Assembly: GCA_051883515.1 (NCBI GenBank)
Contig: JBJETW010000014.1
Coordinates: 1,345-65,344 of the forward strand
Length of the DNA: 64,000 nt
Direction of reading: 5' to 3'
Source: Candidatus Onthoplasma sp.
GTDB lineage: Bacteria > Bacillota > Clostridia > Christensenellales > UBA1242
Shown: positions 62,940 through 64,000 of the stretch, piece after piece
Layout: each line of letters opens with the position of its first letter
How positions within the stretch are numbered: position 1 is the stretch's first letter
The notes under the pieces: model-generated
What the model saw: only the letters and a program-made list of their open reading frames with translations
What the model was told of the DNA's origin: nothing
Database searches by the model: none
Program-made: the position numbers and the translations under genes

Positions 62940-63962
62940 ATGCAAGATAGAATAAATGAAATTTTAAATTACACAAGAGAAAAAGTTGAGCAAGCGAAAA
63001 CAAGTGCGGAATGTCAAACTTTGAGAGTGGAAATACTTGGGAAAAACGGAAAATTGACTGAAATGTTCCGCTTTATGAAAGATGTTCCAGCAAATGAAAA
63101 GCAAGCGATGGGACAACTTTTAAACACTGCAAAACAAAATGCTGAATCAATGATTTCCGCAAAAGAAAAATTCCTTTCAGACAACGAATTGAATGAAAAA
63201 CTTATGAAAGAGAAAATTGATGTCACTTTAGATAAAGGTGATGAAGAAATTGGTGCACTTCACCCTGTGACAATTGATTTCATTCGTATGGGCGAAATTT
63301 TGACCGGCATGGGATTTTCTCAAATTGATGGACCAGAAATTGAATGGGATAAGTATAACTTTGAACTTGTAAACGTTCCAAAAGACCACCCAAGCAGAGA
63401 CATGCAAGATAGTTTGTACATCACAAACGACATTCTTTTAAGAACACAAACATCAAACACTCAACCAAGAGCAATGGAAAAAATTAAACCACCTTTCAAA
63501 GTGTTTAGTTTCGGGAGAGTTTTCAGAAAAGATGAAATTGACGCCACACACACTCCTGCTTTCCATCAACTCGAAGGAATTTATATTGACAAAAAAGTGT
63601 CACTTGCTGACTTAAAACATGACTTAACAATAATGCTTCAAAAATATTTAGGAGAAGACACAAAAACAAAATTTAGAGCATCATTCTTCCCTTTCACAGA
63701 GCCAAGTGTGGAAGTTGACGCTGAATGCAATGTGTGCAAAGGAAAAGGTTGTCCAGCATGCAAAGGTGCAGGACAATATGAAATTCTTGGTGCAGGAATG
63801 ATTCACCCAAGAGTTTTGGAATTGAACGGAATTGACCCAAATGAATATTCAGGATACGCGTTCGGACTTGGTTTTGACCGCTTCCCAAAAATGAGATATA
63901 AAATTCCTAACGCAAAAGTTATGTTCGAAAATGATATTCGTTTCATCAAACAATTTAAGTAA
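62940..63962 (+). CDS. pheS: Phenylalanine--tRNA ligase alpha subunit
   Basis: Class II motifs are present (HPSRDMQDSLY, FRKDEIDATHTPAFHQLEG, GFGLGFDR). RBS is AAAGGAG. pheT presumably starts just beyond the window. Confidence 0.95.
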   Translation: MQDRINEILNYTREKVEQAKTSAECQTLRVEILGKNGKLTEMFRFMKDVPANEKQAMGQLLNTAKQNAESMISAKEKFLSDNELNEKLMKEKIDVTLDKGDEEIGALHPVTIDFIRMGEILTGMGFSQIDGPEIEWDKYNFELVNVPKDHPSRDMQDSLYITNDILLRTQTSNTQPRAMEKIKPPFKVFSFGRVFRKDEIDATHTPAFHQLEGIYIDKKVSLADLKHDLTIMLQKYLGEDTKTKFRASFFPFTEPSVEVDAECNVCKGKGCPACKGAGQYEILGAGMIHPRVLELNGIDPNEYSGYAFGLGFDRFPKMRYKIPNAKVMFENDIRFIKQFK

Positions 63963-64000
63963 ATTTATTTAATTAATTGGTTGTGAAACGAAGGGAAATT

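Noticed and set aside
1-64000. Search for CRISPR arrays, rRNA, transposases, integrases or obvious defence-system ATPases and nucleases.
   Set aside because: None were recognised. The only direct repeats found are the pheS-leader duplication and the two look-alike terminators.

Overview
AT-rich Bacillota (Firmicutes)-type chromosomal segment using the standard bacterial code, from an organism that carries sporulation genes (spoIIID, spoIIE). The left half (1..33425) is an accessory cell-surface locus. It holds a lipoprotein ORF of at least 6,187 codons that runs off the left edge and is therefore missing from the supplied ORF track. It also holds spoIIID and a tightly packed six-gene minus-strand operon. 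That operon encodes a 2,919-aa FN3-like/GLUG lipoprotein, a SipW-type signal peptidase, an 812-aa secreted protein, two TasA/camelysin-like proteins and a bitopic membrane protein. The right half is mostly housekeeping. In order it contains a GT2-TPR glycosyltransferase, a heterodimeric ABC exporter, Bacillus-type dnaB plus dnaI with three DnaA boxes upstream, an M1 lipoprotein peptidase, dut, and rpmG-secE-nusG-rplK-rplA. These are followed by a lipid-kinase-like protein, an orphan third TasA-like gene, rmuC, a VanW-family protein, a BspA-like LRR protein, tilS, spoIIE, iscR-iscS-iscU, tyrS, a GNAT, tRNA-Arg(CCT) and pheS behind a T-box leader. Two regulatory oddities stand out. First, tyrS has no recognisable T-box; instead a consensus promoter drives a 14-codon ORF with four Tyr codons, followed by two terminator hairpins. 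Second, the pheS T-box leader is unusually long and contains a 109-nt tandem duplication. I saw no CRISPR array, rRNA, transposase or integrase. All family calls rest on motif recognition by eye and hand translation; no HMM, BLAST or folding computation was possible.
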